Assembly (NCBI GenBank): GCA_043228905.1
Contig: JBHGNT010000011.1
Span: 3,100,001 to 3,164,000 of the forward strand
DNA: 64,000 bases
Direction of reading: 5' to 3'
Source: Azolla caroliniana
Taxonomy: Eukaryota; Plantae; Polypodiophyta
A program made the position numbers and the translations under genes. This document shows, in pieces, positions 1-11,996 of this stretch. Each line of letters opens with the position of its first letter. The first letter of the stretch is position 1. The notes under the pieces are model-generated. The model was given only the letters and a program-made list of their open reading frames with translations. It did no database searches and was not told the origin of the DNA.

Positions 1-356
1 GGTGGGATGAATTCGGTGGCACACATGGTGAATGCAATGAACAAAGTACTGATGGATTGCATCCCGAACATCACCATGCCATTCTTGGATGACATCCTGA
101 TAAAGGGGTGTTCGGAGGACGTAAAAGACGAGTCAGTCGGGGAGGACGGATGTTGGAAATTCATTGCCGACCACATCGCCGACTGCGAAAAAATACTGCA
201 CCGGTTGGAAGGAGCACGACTTACCTTCTTGATGGAGAATTTTGCATTCAGGCAGTCGCTGATCGTGGTGGTCGGCCACCTATGCGGGCTGTATGGTTGA
301 AAACCATCTCCAACAAAGGTTGAAGCCATTTCAACCATGAAGGAAGAATGTCGATC
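1..356 (+). pseudogene. Ty3/Gypsy reverse transcriptase fragment (cut by window edge and by a deletion)
   Basis: Translates NSVAHMVNAMNKVL..ITMPFLDD..VVGHLCG, homologous to RT at 3243-6644 and 28143-29930. In-frame stop at 298-300. Confidence 0.9.
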
Positions 357-361
357 GAGCA

Positions 362-2583
362 TCGTCTTTTTCGACTTATAGTCGATGCTCCTGGTAGAGG
401 AGAACCACACGGGTGCGTCTACAAGCATGCACGCCGACAACAGAATGTTGTACACGGAGGGAGATAGGCCTCGTGGACGTGGAGGACGAGGCGAGTCGGG
501 GCGCAATGAAGGCGGCCGACGAGATCAAGGAAGAAGGCACCGAAGTGATGCCGACAGCAACTCCGGACCCTCCGGAAACAGGGGGAGTCGAAGCGATGAG
601 AACCGGCAAGGGAAGGCCATCGCGGAGTGCTGGTATTGTGGCAAGAAAGGCCACAGGGAAAGTGAGTGCTGGAAGAAGCGCGCTGATTCGGAGGCAACTG
701 GTTCCGGAAACGGCTCCGGACATACCCACAAGGGAAATCGGCAGCGATCGCACTACGCCAAAGACTCCAGGAGAGCTGGAGAAGGGTCTATCTTCGTGAC
801 GAGACACGAAGCAAACTCAATGAAACAGAGCATCCCGAGATCGGATGAGGTGTAGTACGTAGACTCTGGTGCGTCAAACCACATGACGAGCCATAAGGAG
901 TGGTTCTCGTACCTTGAAAAATTGATACAACCTGGAGTAGTCGCAACAGGAGACGACACTCCACATCTGATCGCGAATGTCGGAGAAGTTCCCCTTAGCC
1001 ATGTCGGGCAGAAAGGGAAACTCATGAATGTGCTGCACGTTCCGACAATCACGAAAAACTTGGTCTTGGTCGGACAGATCGTTGACCAAGGGATGGAGGT
1101 TCAGTTTACACACCTCGGGTGCTTCATTGAGGAAGAAGGCCGTGTGATTGTGCAAGGGCGCAGAGACGGGTGGATGTTCATCCTCGACTCCACTGACGGT
1201 GGCACTGCAATGTTCGCGAAGGGACAAAAGACCGAGTCGGACATCGACTTGTGGCACAAGCGGATAGGCCACGTCAACCACCAACGGCTTCAAGATCTGC
1301 AATCGAAACAGGTAGTATTCGGATTGCCCAAATTTAGTGGCCGAAAGGCACAAATTTGTGAAGCCTGCCAGCTCGGGAAGCAACACCGACTTCCTTTCCC
1401 AAACGAGCGAAATCGGAGCCGGAATAAGCTCGACCTTATACCCTCCGATGTATGGGGGCCGGCACAAAACGTTAGTCTTGGCGGGAGCCGATATTTCGTC
1501 TCCTTCATCGACGACCACATGCGGCACACGTGGATCTACCTCATTGAGAGGAAGAGCGAAGTCTTCGACTGTTTCCGGGACCTCAAAGGGTTCGTGGAAA
1601 CAGAAACGGGACGAAAGATCAAGTGTCTGCGGTCGGATGGCGGGAAAGAGTACTTTTCCGGTCAATTCAACGGTTATCTACAACAAATGGGAATTTGGCG
1701 CGAATTTAGTTGTAGATACACGCCAGAGCAGAACGGCGTGGCCGAGAGGAAGAATTGGTTAGTTGTGGAAGCGGCACGGGCAATGCTGGAGGAGAAGAGC
1801 TTGCCCAAGTTCTACTGGGCCGAGGCGGTAAGGACCGCGGTATACATCCAGAACCGGATCGGAGACAAAGTGTCGGCACACGAGCTATATTTCGGAACGA
1901 AGCCGAACTTGCGACACTTGAGGGTGTTCGGTAGCATTGCGTATGTGCATATACCGAAGGAGAAAAGGAGGAAGCTGGACGCAAAGGCCGAGAAATGCAT
2001 CTTGGTCGGTTATTTGGACGAGCAGAAGGGTTATAAGTGCTATAACCCTCGCACCAAACAAGCGCGTGTAAGCCGTGACGTTGTGTTTGACGAGTCCGCG
2101 TCCTGGTACCAACCTCTGACTCCGAACCCCAACTCCAATCCGAGCTCTGACAATGAGGTCAGCGAGGCCAAGATGCGTCCGGATGAGCCCGAAATCGAGA
2201 CCCGGGAAGAGAGTCCGATTTCACTCCGGTTAAGTGGACCGATTGGACGACTGAGTTGGTACGACCAGTCCGATGAAGAGCCGACGAGTAGTGGAGACTC
2301 AGCCGTGCATTCCCCGCGCAAGAAGCCGAGGAGACGGCTTACGCGCAAAGAGAAAGGGAAGAAGAAGGTGTCGGATTCCGGCACGGAAAGGAACGAGTCA
2401 GACCGACGCGAGTCCGACTCCGAGGGAACCGGTGACGGGTCTTTAAAGGTGAAGACCGCGTCAACCGAGAAGGCCTCGACATCGGCTAATGTGAGATTAC
2501 GCCGATCTACCCGCTAGAAGAACCCAGTTGTGTGGTTCGGATACAACGAGTACATGGCGCATCATTATGCGTACATGACCCGT
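362..2583 (+). pseudogene. Copia A1 gag-PR-INT
   Basis: ORFs 385-855 and 883-2517. Motifs LWHKRIGH, CEACQLGK, SDGGKEY, PEQNGVAER. Premature stops at 853 and 2515. Confidence 0.92.
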
Positions 2584-3205
2584 TGTCGAGGTATTCCTCG
2601 CGGATGCGTGGAATGAGGCGGGACCTCGGGGGTCCTGTATCGAAGAGCAAGAGAGAAAGGAGAAGAGACCCACTACGTGCGAGAGTAGATTCACAAGAAC
2701 ACGGCCCTTCGACACAAAGACGCGAGTGGGACAGCGACACAGAGAGACACGAATGTATGTATGTATTAACAAAGACAGACAACCAAAACACGAAGTCGGT
2801 TACAACCGAACAGGCCGGCGAACAGATGCCGATACCTGTTCGTAAACGCACAGAAAGGAAGGAGTAGGTTGGAGGTGATGCCGGAAGCACTCGGGCATTC
2901 CTCAGAGCAGCGCGAGCCTCCCGAAACCTGCACAGAAGGAAGCTATGGAATTTGCAAACCAGAGAGAGAGAGAAGCCTTCGCACACAAACCGATAGCACT
3001 TCGTCCTCGACTCTCCGCGATCCCTTTCCCCTCCTCGTCTCCCTCCTCTTATAGGCAAGGAAGGAGCCGTTTCCTATTAACTTCCTACCCACCGAATCTG
3101 CCTACCTAGAATCTCCTATGTACAACATAAGGCGCACGTGCATGAAGAGCCGGTTCCTACGCTCCGGTGCACCGATTCCGCTTGTGGACGGTTTTCTTCA
3201 CGACA
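2584..3205 (-). repeat. G1 3' LTR
   Basis: Direct repeat of 8905-9526 with about a dozen substitutions (~2%, counted by eye). Confidence 0.96.
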
Positions 3206-3242
3206 TCCGCTTGTGTTGGGACGGAGAAAACCGGTCCAGCCT

Positions 3243-6200
3243 TCATTCTCCGCCCGTCGGTTCTTCCTCGGTTTTGGATCGTTCGTCGTCGCGGTCCAGG
3301 TCAACCGGATCCGGCTCGTCATCGTGACGCTTCTTGAATGCTTTGATCCGCTTCCCAGCTACCGGTATCGCCATTCTCGTGCCGTCGAGTTCCGCCAGAT
3401 GGTACGTCCCGTTGTCATTGGCGCTTTGTACCACGTAAGGCCCAAACCACCTTCTTGCGAACTTCCGTGTTGCTCGGTGCTGGTTGTCGAGGCTGCTGTC
3501 GTAGACTAGCACCCAGTCGCCTTCCTTGATCTTCTTCGGTTGGAGCCGGTGCGTCCGGTCGAACCGGGCTTTGTTCCTCGTCCTGGCCACCCGAAACTTT
3601 TCCGCAGCCTGCTCCACGTCCTCCGGTCTTCGCTCGAGTTGTCGTATGCGCGCCGTCAACAGTTCCTCCCGGCTCATCTCGTCTCTCCAGTCCACGGTTG
3701 CCCATGAGGAGATCGTACGTTCCATCGGCATGATCGGCTTCTGCCCAAACATGAGTTCTGCCGGCATGAATCCGGTTACCGAACTGTGCGTAGTTCGGTC
3801 AGCCCACAACGCGTAAGGCAGCAGCCGCGACCAGTTCCTGACTTGACCTCCGCATGCCCGAACTAACGCCTTGACGATCGGTCCGTGTCTGCACTCCACC
3901 TTTCCATTCGCCTCCGGATTGTACGCAGTGGTAAGCGAGAGCTTGACTCCTAGCCGGTCGAACAGCTCTTCGGCCTCTTCGGTGTCCAACTCCCCGCGAT
4001 CAGCCACGATCTTCCCGACGCACCCATACCGGCATATCACGTCCTTGATCAGGAACCGACATACGGCTGCGGTCGTTTTGTTCTGAAGGGCTCGGCCTTC
4101 TACCTGGTTCGTCAGATCTTCCCGAGCCAGGACCAGATACCGCATTTGTCCTACTCCCATCGGGATCGTCACCAGATCTACCATCCATTTGAAGTGGATG
4201 GTCGGAGGGTACGTAGGGTGAAGCTCGTCCCGGTGTCGGACTATGGAGTGCATCTGACAGCTCTCGCAAGTTGTCACGAACCGATGCACGTCCCGGTACA
4301 GTCCCGGCCACCAGTACTTCCCCTTTATCTTCTCGAACGTGGCCCACGTTCCACGGTGTCCAGCCCAAGGGCTATCGTGGTAGGCCGTCAGCAGCTCCTC
4401 CTGTTCTTCCTTCATCGCCACCACCCGGAGCGGGACGCCGTTCCTCTTCTTCGGGTGCTTCCATAAGTATCTGTCCCGGAGAAAGAATCGGTAAGCTTTC
4501 TTCCGGATCCGGTTGGCCTCGTCCTTCGTCCATGACGCATCCGGCGTCATTGTCCTCAGAAACCCACCGATCTGCAGCCACTCGCCGTCGTACTTGCTCT
4601 CGTCGAAGCCGTTAAGTGCCGTAGTGCTCGCCCCATCGGTCGTCACGTACGCCGCCTTGAAGAAGTCCACGCCGACTTCTTCGTCCTCCGAAACCATGCC
4701 GCCCTCGTCATCAAACCTCGCCCTCGAAAGCATGTCGGCCATGGCGTTGTCTTTTCCGGAAATATGTCGTATTTCCGGGTCCAGGGACTTGATGTACGCT
4801 ATCCACCTGAGCATCGCCAGGTCCGGTGTCGCGCATCCGGAAACCATGCCGAGAATCGGCAGGCAATCCGTCTCGATGATCACTTCCGTCCCAATCAGGT
4901 AGTCTTTGTCGGCCTTTACTGCCGAAACGATACCCCAGAGTTCGCGTTTAACCTGGGCGTACCCTCGTTGTCGTTCACTGAGGACCTTCGTGCCGAATCG
5001 GATCGGGAACCGAATGCCGTCCCCGTCTTCTTGGTTGATGACCCATCCGATCCCGATCGGACTCGTATCCACCGTTATGTATACCGGGGTACCCTTCTCG
5101 TAGACAGCCTTCCGGAGCGCCGGTGCTGCCGTAAGAGCTTCCTTCAGCTTCCGGACCAACTCCGTGTGCTCGTCTCGCCACTCGAATTTTCGCCCTTTCT
5201 TCAGCAACCCGTATAGCGGCTCCGCAACGTGGGCGTAATGCGGGATCCATATGTGGTAGAACGCGCATGCCCCCAGGAACCTCTGAACTTCCGTAACCGA
5301 GCTACAGTCGGTCTTCATCGCGGACATGTCTTCTACCTTTGCCGGAGACGGCTTCCGGCCATATGGTCCACATAGGTGCCCGACCACCAGGATTTCCGAT
5401 TGCCCGAAGGCCGATTTCTCCCCGGAGAAGGTGAGCCTCGCATCCTCTAGCCGTTGTAGCACCTTCTCGCAGTCGTCGATGTGTGTTGCCACGAATCGCC
5501 GGCATCCGTCTGGGCCGAGTGTCTCGTCCTTCTCTTCCATCGGGCAGCCCTTGATCGGGATGTCGTCTAGAAATGGCATGGTGATGTCCGGGATGCAATC
5601 CCTCAGTACCTTGTTCATTGCATTCACCATGTGGGCCACCGAGTTGGTCCCTCCTTGTGGCAGGGTACACATTCGCACTAGGCCGAGGGGAGTTCGCATC
5701 GTCGTAATGTCTTTGCTCTCCATGGCTAGCTGGAACTGGTCGTACCCCGAGTACAGATCACCGACCGAGTAAATCGACCTTCCGGCGAAGGCCTCCACGA
5801 ACTCGTCTATGGTCGGTCCGATTCCTGCGTTCCAAATGGTCACTCTGTTGACCGGCTGCAGGTCCTGAATGAAGCGCAATGTTCCGTTTTTCTTTGGTAC
5901 GGTAAACCATCGGTTCGAGTATGGCGCGCTCGACGGTTCGAGAATACCCATATCGACTTTCTGCCTCAGTAGCTCCATCAACTCCGGGATGTGAGCTCTT
6001 GGTACCGGAATCGGCTTGAGATTCCACGGCACATGCGGTACCGCGAATATCACCATCGGCTCCACGATTGTCGGGTCTACGCATCCGATCTCTTTCGGCG
6101 AGAATGCGAAGGCTTTCCCGTGCCTTCCGAGCATTCTCCGAAACCGGTCTTCCTCCGCCGGTAGTAGGAACCCATCCCCACCGATCTTGAGCTCCCGGAG

Positions 6201-6739
6201 CGTCCCGTCGGTGAAGGTGTGTCCTATGCAGGCTGGATCTCGTAAACTGGGGTCCGACGCAACCCCTCTGATTCGGGACTCGCAGCCCTCCGGTAAGGGT
6301 GCCGCGACTGGCCTTACCTTCCGGTCCACAGTCTTGTTCTTCGTGCTAACTCGGGCAGTCTGATCCGACCCGAGCCCCTGAGTGAAGTCCGCGATGACTT
6401 CGTACATCTCTTCGGAACATACCGGTATCGTCCGGTCTTCGTTAAGGTCTTCTCCGGCAACCTTCCTCAGCATCCCCAAGGTGTCGTCGAAGGAGACCGC
6501 CTCCACGGCCCCGCTGATTTCCTCGTCCGGGCCGAGAACTCCGCACGCTCGAAGTCGCACTTCCGCCCTTGTCTTTTCTCGGCCAACGATGCCGACTATC
6601 ATACACCCTCCGTTGTTGGAGAAGCAAAATTTCCTACCTATCATACAGGGTTCCTTCGGTTTCGGTTCTATCGTACAGTCGTGGGGTCTTTCCCGAGTGT
6701 CCGGACTGTCTCGGCCCCACGCCTTGGCAGCCCTCTCTA
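3243..6739 (-). CDS. G1 Pol (RT-RNase H-integrase), open frame entered by -1 frameshift
   Basis: 1133-aa ORF, open upstream to the slippery site. RT PFLDD, RNase H VDTS/RELWG/ETDC, integrase H-H-C-C, D-D-E and GPY motifs. No chromodomain. Confidence 0.93.
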
Positions 6740-8860
6740 AAAATCCTCCTGGTTCTCGCCACCGAGGAATTCACGGTTTCCCTCGTGGTTCGGTCGCACC
6801 GTCAGAAATTGGACCGAATGGCGCCCGTCCTGGCTTTTGACCCTCGCGTAGGCCGAACCGTTGTCTAGCACCTTGGTCTCCATTCTCGCCGCCGTGATGT
6901 ATGGTTCCCCTAATATGACCGGATGCGAGGATGTCTCCTGTACGAAGAAGTGCTGGTCAATCTCGACGTCGCCGATCTTTACTCGCACATTCGGGTAGGC
7001 CCCGTGCAGTTCCTCGGTGGCGCGCGTCGCCGCCTGTATCTTTCACCCGTGCCTGGTGTTGATCGACCACTTTCCCTTCTTATAGAAGTCCATGGACATT
7101 AGGTTTATTTCCGAACCGTGGTCCACCAACGCCACCACCGGTTCCTGAACATCTCCGATCTTTACCGGGGTCTCCGTGGTCGCTCGGGCCCAGTGTGGCC
7201 TCGAATAGTGGCTCTCCGCCCACTCGTCTTCCATCGCCATGTCGTCGATGTGCGTCGTCCGCACCTCCACCGGTCTTTCCGGTTCCGTCTCCGTCGACAG
7301 CCTCTTCCGTTTCACCAGGTCCACAATGGAGTCGTGGAACTCCTTAGCGATCCCTAGCACCTCCCGCAATGACAGCTCCACTTTGCTGTCGAGGATCCGT
7401 TCTTCTAGGACCTTTCGTAGGTTCGTAGTCCTTTCTATTTCTGTCCCCAGTCGGTATCCGCCCTTCCTAGGGTTATCTTGCGAGCCGGACCCACCGGCAT
7501 CGTTCCATCGTTGCCCGAATTGGGTCTCGTACCGTTGTGAGGGCCCGGCCGCTCCGGCTTTCCCCACTCGTTTGTCTTCTACCAGAGCCTCATAGTTCCG
7601 GCAGGCGGCTTCTACGAAGCTCGTCTTCTCCTCGACCGGATTGCTCCACCCGGTTATTTCCCGGACCCGTCTCTCAGCGCGGTCCGTTTCGTCTTTCCTT
7701 AGCCGTGCGCCGGCAAGACCTTCCAGCATTGCCAACCAAAATCCGTCTTTGCCCTCCTTTCGGGGCTCGCTGCCCCCGACCCGAATGCCGGCCGACGCCG
7801 AGTAGTGGATGGCCTCCACGTGTCGGGCCGCTGCCTCTTCCATCAGTCTCTTCATACCTCCTCGTCCGTCGTTTCGGTTTAGGGCCCTTCTGGTGTCGCC
7901 GGCGTGCACCCGGCCTTCCCACAGGTACACCACCCGGTTCCTCAACGCTTCTGCGAAATCGCCGCAATCCTTCCGGATGTGGCCGACCTCGTCGCACCAC
8001 ATGCACCTGTTCCCTGCTGCCGTCCGTCGGTCACGAGCCGGTTCGCCGCCTTCCCTTCAAGTCTGGGCGATCTGGAGATCCTTTATCGCCCGCGTCAACT
8101 CCTCCAGCGCTGCTCCTCCGGACGAGCCACTGACCATGCCGGTCGCAGCCAGACCGGTTTCGAGCCATTCCCGGGTTTCTTCCCTTTGCCCTTGCGGTGC
8201 TGGCTCAAGCCTCCTTGCTGTGACAAACCCCGCACCGGCCGCCCCGTTATCAGCCCATTCTCGCCATTTGTCGAAACGGCCATAGACCCTCTTAACCGCA
8301 GCCCAGTCGGTCGTCAGCCCGTCTTCGGTTTCCAGCAAGGAGCCGACTTGATCCCGGTCCCGCTCGTCCACCGACTTGACGAACAGTAGGACCCGGCTTG
8401 TATCCAGAACGGTTTGGTCAAGCGCCGAAAGGCGCGCAAAGCGTTCTTTGAACTCCCGGAGGAGTGTCGACGCGTTTCTTCCCTTGCGGGGGGACTCCAC
8501 CCATTCCATGAAGTCTCGTTTCGAAAGCCGGAGCGCGTCGTCCAGCCTGTATTTTTCCAGGAGTCGGCCTTCGAACTCCTCCCAGGTACGGCTCTCCGCC
8601 CGCACCTCGAGCACCTCCGCATGGATGCTCGGCATCGCCACTCGAGGGAACCCGGCAAGACGCCTCTCTTCCGGAATGTCCCGCATCAACATTTCTGCCC
8701 CATAGGATGCCAAATACTTCGTGGCATCCTTTCCGCTGAACCGGCCGATCGTACCGACGACCACCTCAATGGCTCTGTCGAGGGCACCGGAGCCCTCGCG
8801 TGCGCTCAATATCCGATCCACGGCCGAAGCCATGGCCTCTGCAAGATCCGACCCTTTCAT
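6737..8860 (-). pseudogene. G1 gag-protease
   Basis: Starts MKGSDLAEA. CCHC CMWCDEVGHIRKDC, protease LVDHGSEINL. Stops at 8057 and 7043. Confidence 0.9.
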
Positions 8861-8882
8861 CTTCTGCTCTTCTGCCGCCTCC

Positions 8883-8900
8883 TTCACGTCGGGTTCACCA
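8883..8900 (-). promoter_or_regulatory. Primer-binding site complementary to tRNA-Trp
   Basis: TGGTGAACCCGACGTGAA, 4 nt after the LTR, complementary to the plant tRNA-Trp 3' end (UUCACGUCGGGUUCACCA, recalled sequence). Confidence 0.8.
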
Positions 8901-8904
8901 AAGA

Positions 8905-9526
8905 TGTCGAGGTATTCCTCGCGGATGCGTGGAATGAGGCGGGACCTCGGGGGTCCTGTACCGAAGAGCAAGAGAGAAAGGAGAAGAGACCCACTACGTG
9001 CGAGAGTAGATTCACAAGGACACGGCCCTTCGACACAAAGACGCGAGTGGGACAGCGACACAGAGAGACACGAATGTATGTATGTATTAACAAAGACAGA
9101 CAACCAAAACACGAAGTCGGTTACAACCGAACAGGCCGGCGAACAGATGCTGATACCTGTTCGTAAACGCACAGAAAGGAAGGAGTAGGTTGGAGGAGCT
9201 GTCGGAAGCACTCGGGCATTCCTCAGAGCAGCGCGAGCCTCCCGAAACCTGCACAGAAGGAAGCTATGGAGTTTGCGAACCAGAGAGAGAGAGAAGCCTT
9301 CGCACACAAACTGACAGCACTTCGTCCTCGACTCTCCGCGATCCCTTTCCCCTCCTCGTCTCCCTCCTCTTATAGGCAAGGAAGGAGCCGTTTCCTATTA
9401 ACTTCCTACCCACCGAATCTGCCTACCTAGGATCTCCTATGTACAACATAAGGCGCATGTGCATGAAGAGCCGGTTCCTACGCTCCGGTGCACCGATTCC
9501 GCTTGTGGACGGTTTTCTTCACGACA
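8905..9526 (-). repeat. G1 5' LTR
   Basis: TGTCGTGAAG...CTCGACA on the minus strand, followed by the PBS. Confidence 0.96.
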
Positions 9527-9530
9527 CCGT

Positions 9531-11617
9531 GTAGCAGAAGTGCGTGAGCCGGAGAGCTACGCAGAAGCCGCTAAAGATGCGAATTGGCGTCCCGCGATGG
9601 AGGAAGAGATGCATGCATTGGCGGAGAACGAGACCTGGGACCTGGTTGACGCACCGAAGGGTGTGAATCCGATTGGGTGTAGATGGGTGTACAAAGTCAA
9701 GTACAACACTGATGGCTCGGTCAACCGGTACAAGGCTCGGCTAGTGGCAAAGGGCTATGCGCAGAAACACGACATCGACTACGATGAGACGTTTGCGCCG
9801 GTCGTGAAAATGACGACCGTCCATGTTTTGCTCGTAGTAGCTGCGGCAAAGGGGTGGCACTTACATCAGATGGATGTAAAGAATGCGTTCTTGCAAGGTG
9901 ACCTTGAGGAACAGGTGTACATGGTACAACCCCCCGGATTTCACTCCGGAACGAACTCCTCGGCAGTATGCCGACTGAAGAAGTCCCTTTACGGACTGAA
10001 GCAAGCCCCGCGTGCCTGGAATGCGAAGATCACGCAACAACTGCGTCGGATGGGCTTCGTCACGACAAAATCGGACTCTTCCCTGTTCATCCAAAAAGGT
10101 CGACTCGGACTGGTTAGTATTTTACTATATGTTGATGACTTGGTCATCACCGGCGCCGACCTTGGTGAAATCGACCGCGTGAAGCTCCAGCTTGCGGCAT
10201 CGTTCGACATGAAGGATCTGGGGGACCTTCATTACTTCCTCGGGATCGAAGTGATCCATACCCCCGAAGGCATATTGATCAGCCAATGTCATTACGTGAT
10301 GAGTATGCTCTTCAAGCTCGGGATGGCCGACTGTAAGTCCGTCTCGACTCCTCTGGACAGAACCGTCAAGCTTCGTCCCAATACGGGAAAGGTATGCGAC
10401 CCGACGAGGTTCCGCCAATTTGTCGGAAGCCTCATATACTTGACCATCACCCGACCCGACCTCAGTTACCCGGTCGGGGTGATAAGTTAGTTCATGGCGC
10501 GACCTACCGAGGAGCACCTTCAGTGTGGGCAATGCGTACTGCGGTACGTAAGTGGCACTAAGGACCGAGGACTGCTATATCGGACCGGTGCAGCCGTGCA
10601 GTTAGTCGGCTACACCGATGCTGATTGGGCTGGCAACGCTGCCGATCGCCGATCCACGTCTGGATACGCGTTCTCCCTCGGGAGTGCCGCGATCGCGTGG
10701 AGCAGTAAGAAGCAGCCGACAGTCGCACTATCGAGTACCGAGGAGCGGCTGTCGCGACATGTTAAACCATATGGTTGAAGCGGCTACTTAAGGACCTGCA
10801 AGAGGAGGTGTCCGATCCAACGACGATCTACTACGACAACCTCAGCAACATCCAACTCGTGAAGAACCACGTCTTCCACGCACGGACCAAGCACATTGAG
10901 GTGCACTACCATTTCGTCCGTGAGCGTGTCCTTTCTGGTGAAGTCGAACTTCAGTATGTTCCGACGGGTCGGCAGGCTGCCGACATCTTCACCAAGCCTC
11001 TTGGTCTGGACAAGTTGCGGCAATTGTCAGGTGCGCTCGGATTGCGTCACCTCGACGTGCCAAACTTGAGGGGGAGAACAATCCCGAACGACCAAGCAAG
11101 GCAGCAGGAAAGGAGCGGAGACCATGACACCGAGTCAGTTGACTCGGTTGTTGACTCGGTTGTCGAGTTCGACTTCGGATCGGCTGAAGAAGCTGAGGGC
11201 GGACCCGCGGAAAAGTTCGGAAGCGGACAGAAGGGGAGCAGCCGAAGGAGAGAGCCGAAGCCAACCACGCATAGGGGAGATGACGCCATCCAGGGCGAGA
11301 AGACCGAAGACGAGTTGGAGACAGCCAACTCGGACGAGAGCGAAAACCGATCGGAAGTAGCCGAGTCGGTTCGGATGTTTGATTCAGATACGCTGAATCA
11401 ACCGAGGCCCAAGCGGAAGAAAAGGCAGCAGGAGAAGCGTCAATACCGCAACAACAGAAGAGCTGATAAAGGCCACATGAGCAGACAAGCCGACCGGAAG
11501 GGTCGAAGCACGCAGAGTCGAACAGGTCGAGGAGCGCGAGCAAGGCGAGAAGCCAGGAGGAACCGGCGCTGTGAAGATCCCGAAGAGCCTCAAGTTGAGC
11601 TTGAGGGGGAGTGTTGA
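9531..11617 (+). pseudogene. Copia A1 RT-RNase H plus C-terminal extension
   Basis: KARLVAKG, QMDVKNAFL, LYVDDL, YTDADWAG, HARTKHIEVHYHF. Stop at 10488 and frameshift near 10745. Confidence 0.93.
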
Positions 11618-11996
11618 GAGACAAGCTCAACATCAACCGGATCGGCTGAAGAAGCCGAGGACCGGATCGGTTGGGACCGATCGGTTAGGCCGAGTGCGTA
11701 AACTGGGAGGTCGTTAGGAAAGATATTCCGTGAGGAATATATTTGGGAGTTAGTGTAGGAGCTCTTAATGAGCATTGAAGTACTGTCAGTACTTCGGTCA
11801 ATCCTTCCAGGACTTGTATAAAAGTGCTCACTGAGCACGTCTTATGTACAGACTGAGCATTATTATTGAATATAGTTTTCTGTGTTTCTCTCTCTGTCTC
11901 TCCCGCGTATACCGTGTAAGCCCAAGCTCTCCATTGAACCTGAGTTTCCTTCCTCTGTTCTGTCCTCATACCTGCTTCCGCACGCTACTTTCTACA
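11612..11996 (+). repeat. Copia A1 3' LTR
   Basis: tgttgagag...tctaca after the PPT. Homologous to 34213-34674 (-) and 42987-43400. Confidence 0.9.

Larger units (their letters stand above)
2584..9526 (-). mobile_element. Ty3/Gypsy element G1 (non-chromovirus, Phygy-like), near full length
   Basis: Two 622-bp TG..CA LTRs, TSD ccgt at 2580-2583 and 9527-9530, tRNA-Trp PBS, gag-PR then RT-RH-INT. The empty site catgacccgtgtagcg is seen at ~40954. Confidence 0.97.
362..11996 (+). mobile_element. Ty1/Copia element A1, 5'-truncated, interrupted by Gypsy G1
   Basis: Copia domain order: gag zinc knuckle CWYCGKKGHRESEC, protease VDSGASNH, GAG-pre/integrase (883-2517), RT (9531-10490), RNase H (10494-11070), PPT gagggggag 11603-11611, 3' LTR. 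Confidence 0.95.

Noticed and set aside
8883-8900. tRNA gene
   Set aside because: Only the 18-nt complement of the tRNA 3' end is present (PBS), with no cloverleaf.
8057-9379. 440-aa ORF running from the LTR through the PBS into gag
   Set aside because: Starts at TTG, the LTR-derived part has no recognisable motif, and the frame is not kept in G1b. The likely gag start is the ATG at 8860.
11077-11611. env-like gene in Copia A
   Set aside because: Highly charged, no transmembrane segment, and in frame with pol. Kept only as a C-terminal extension.
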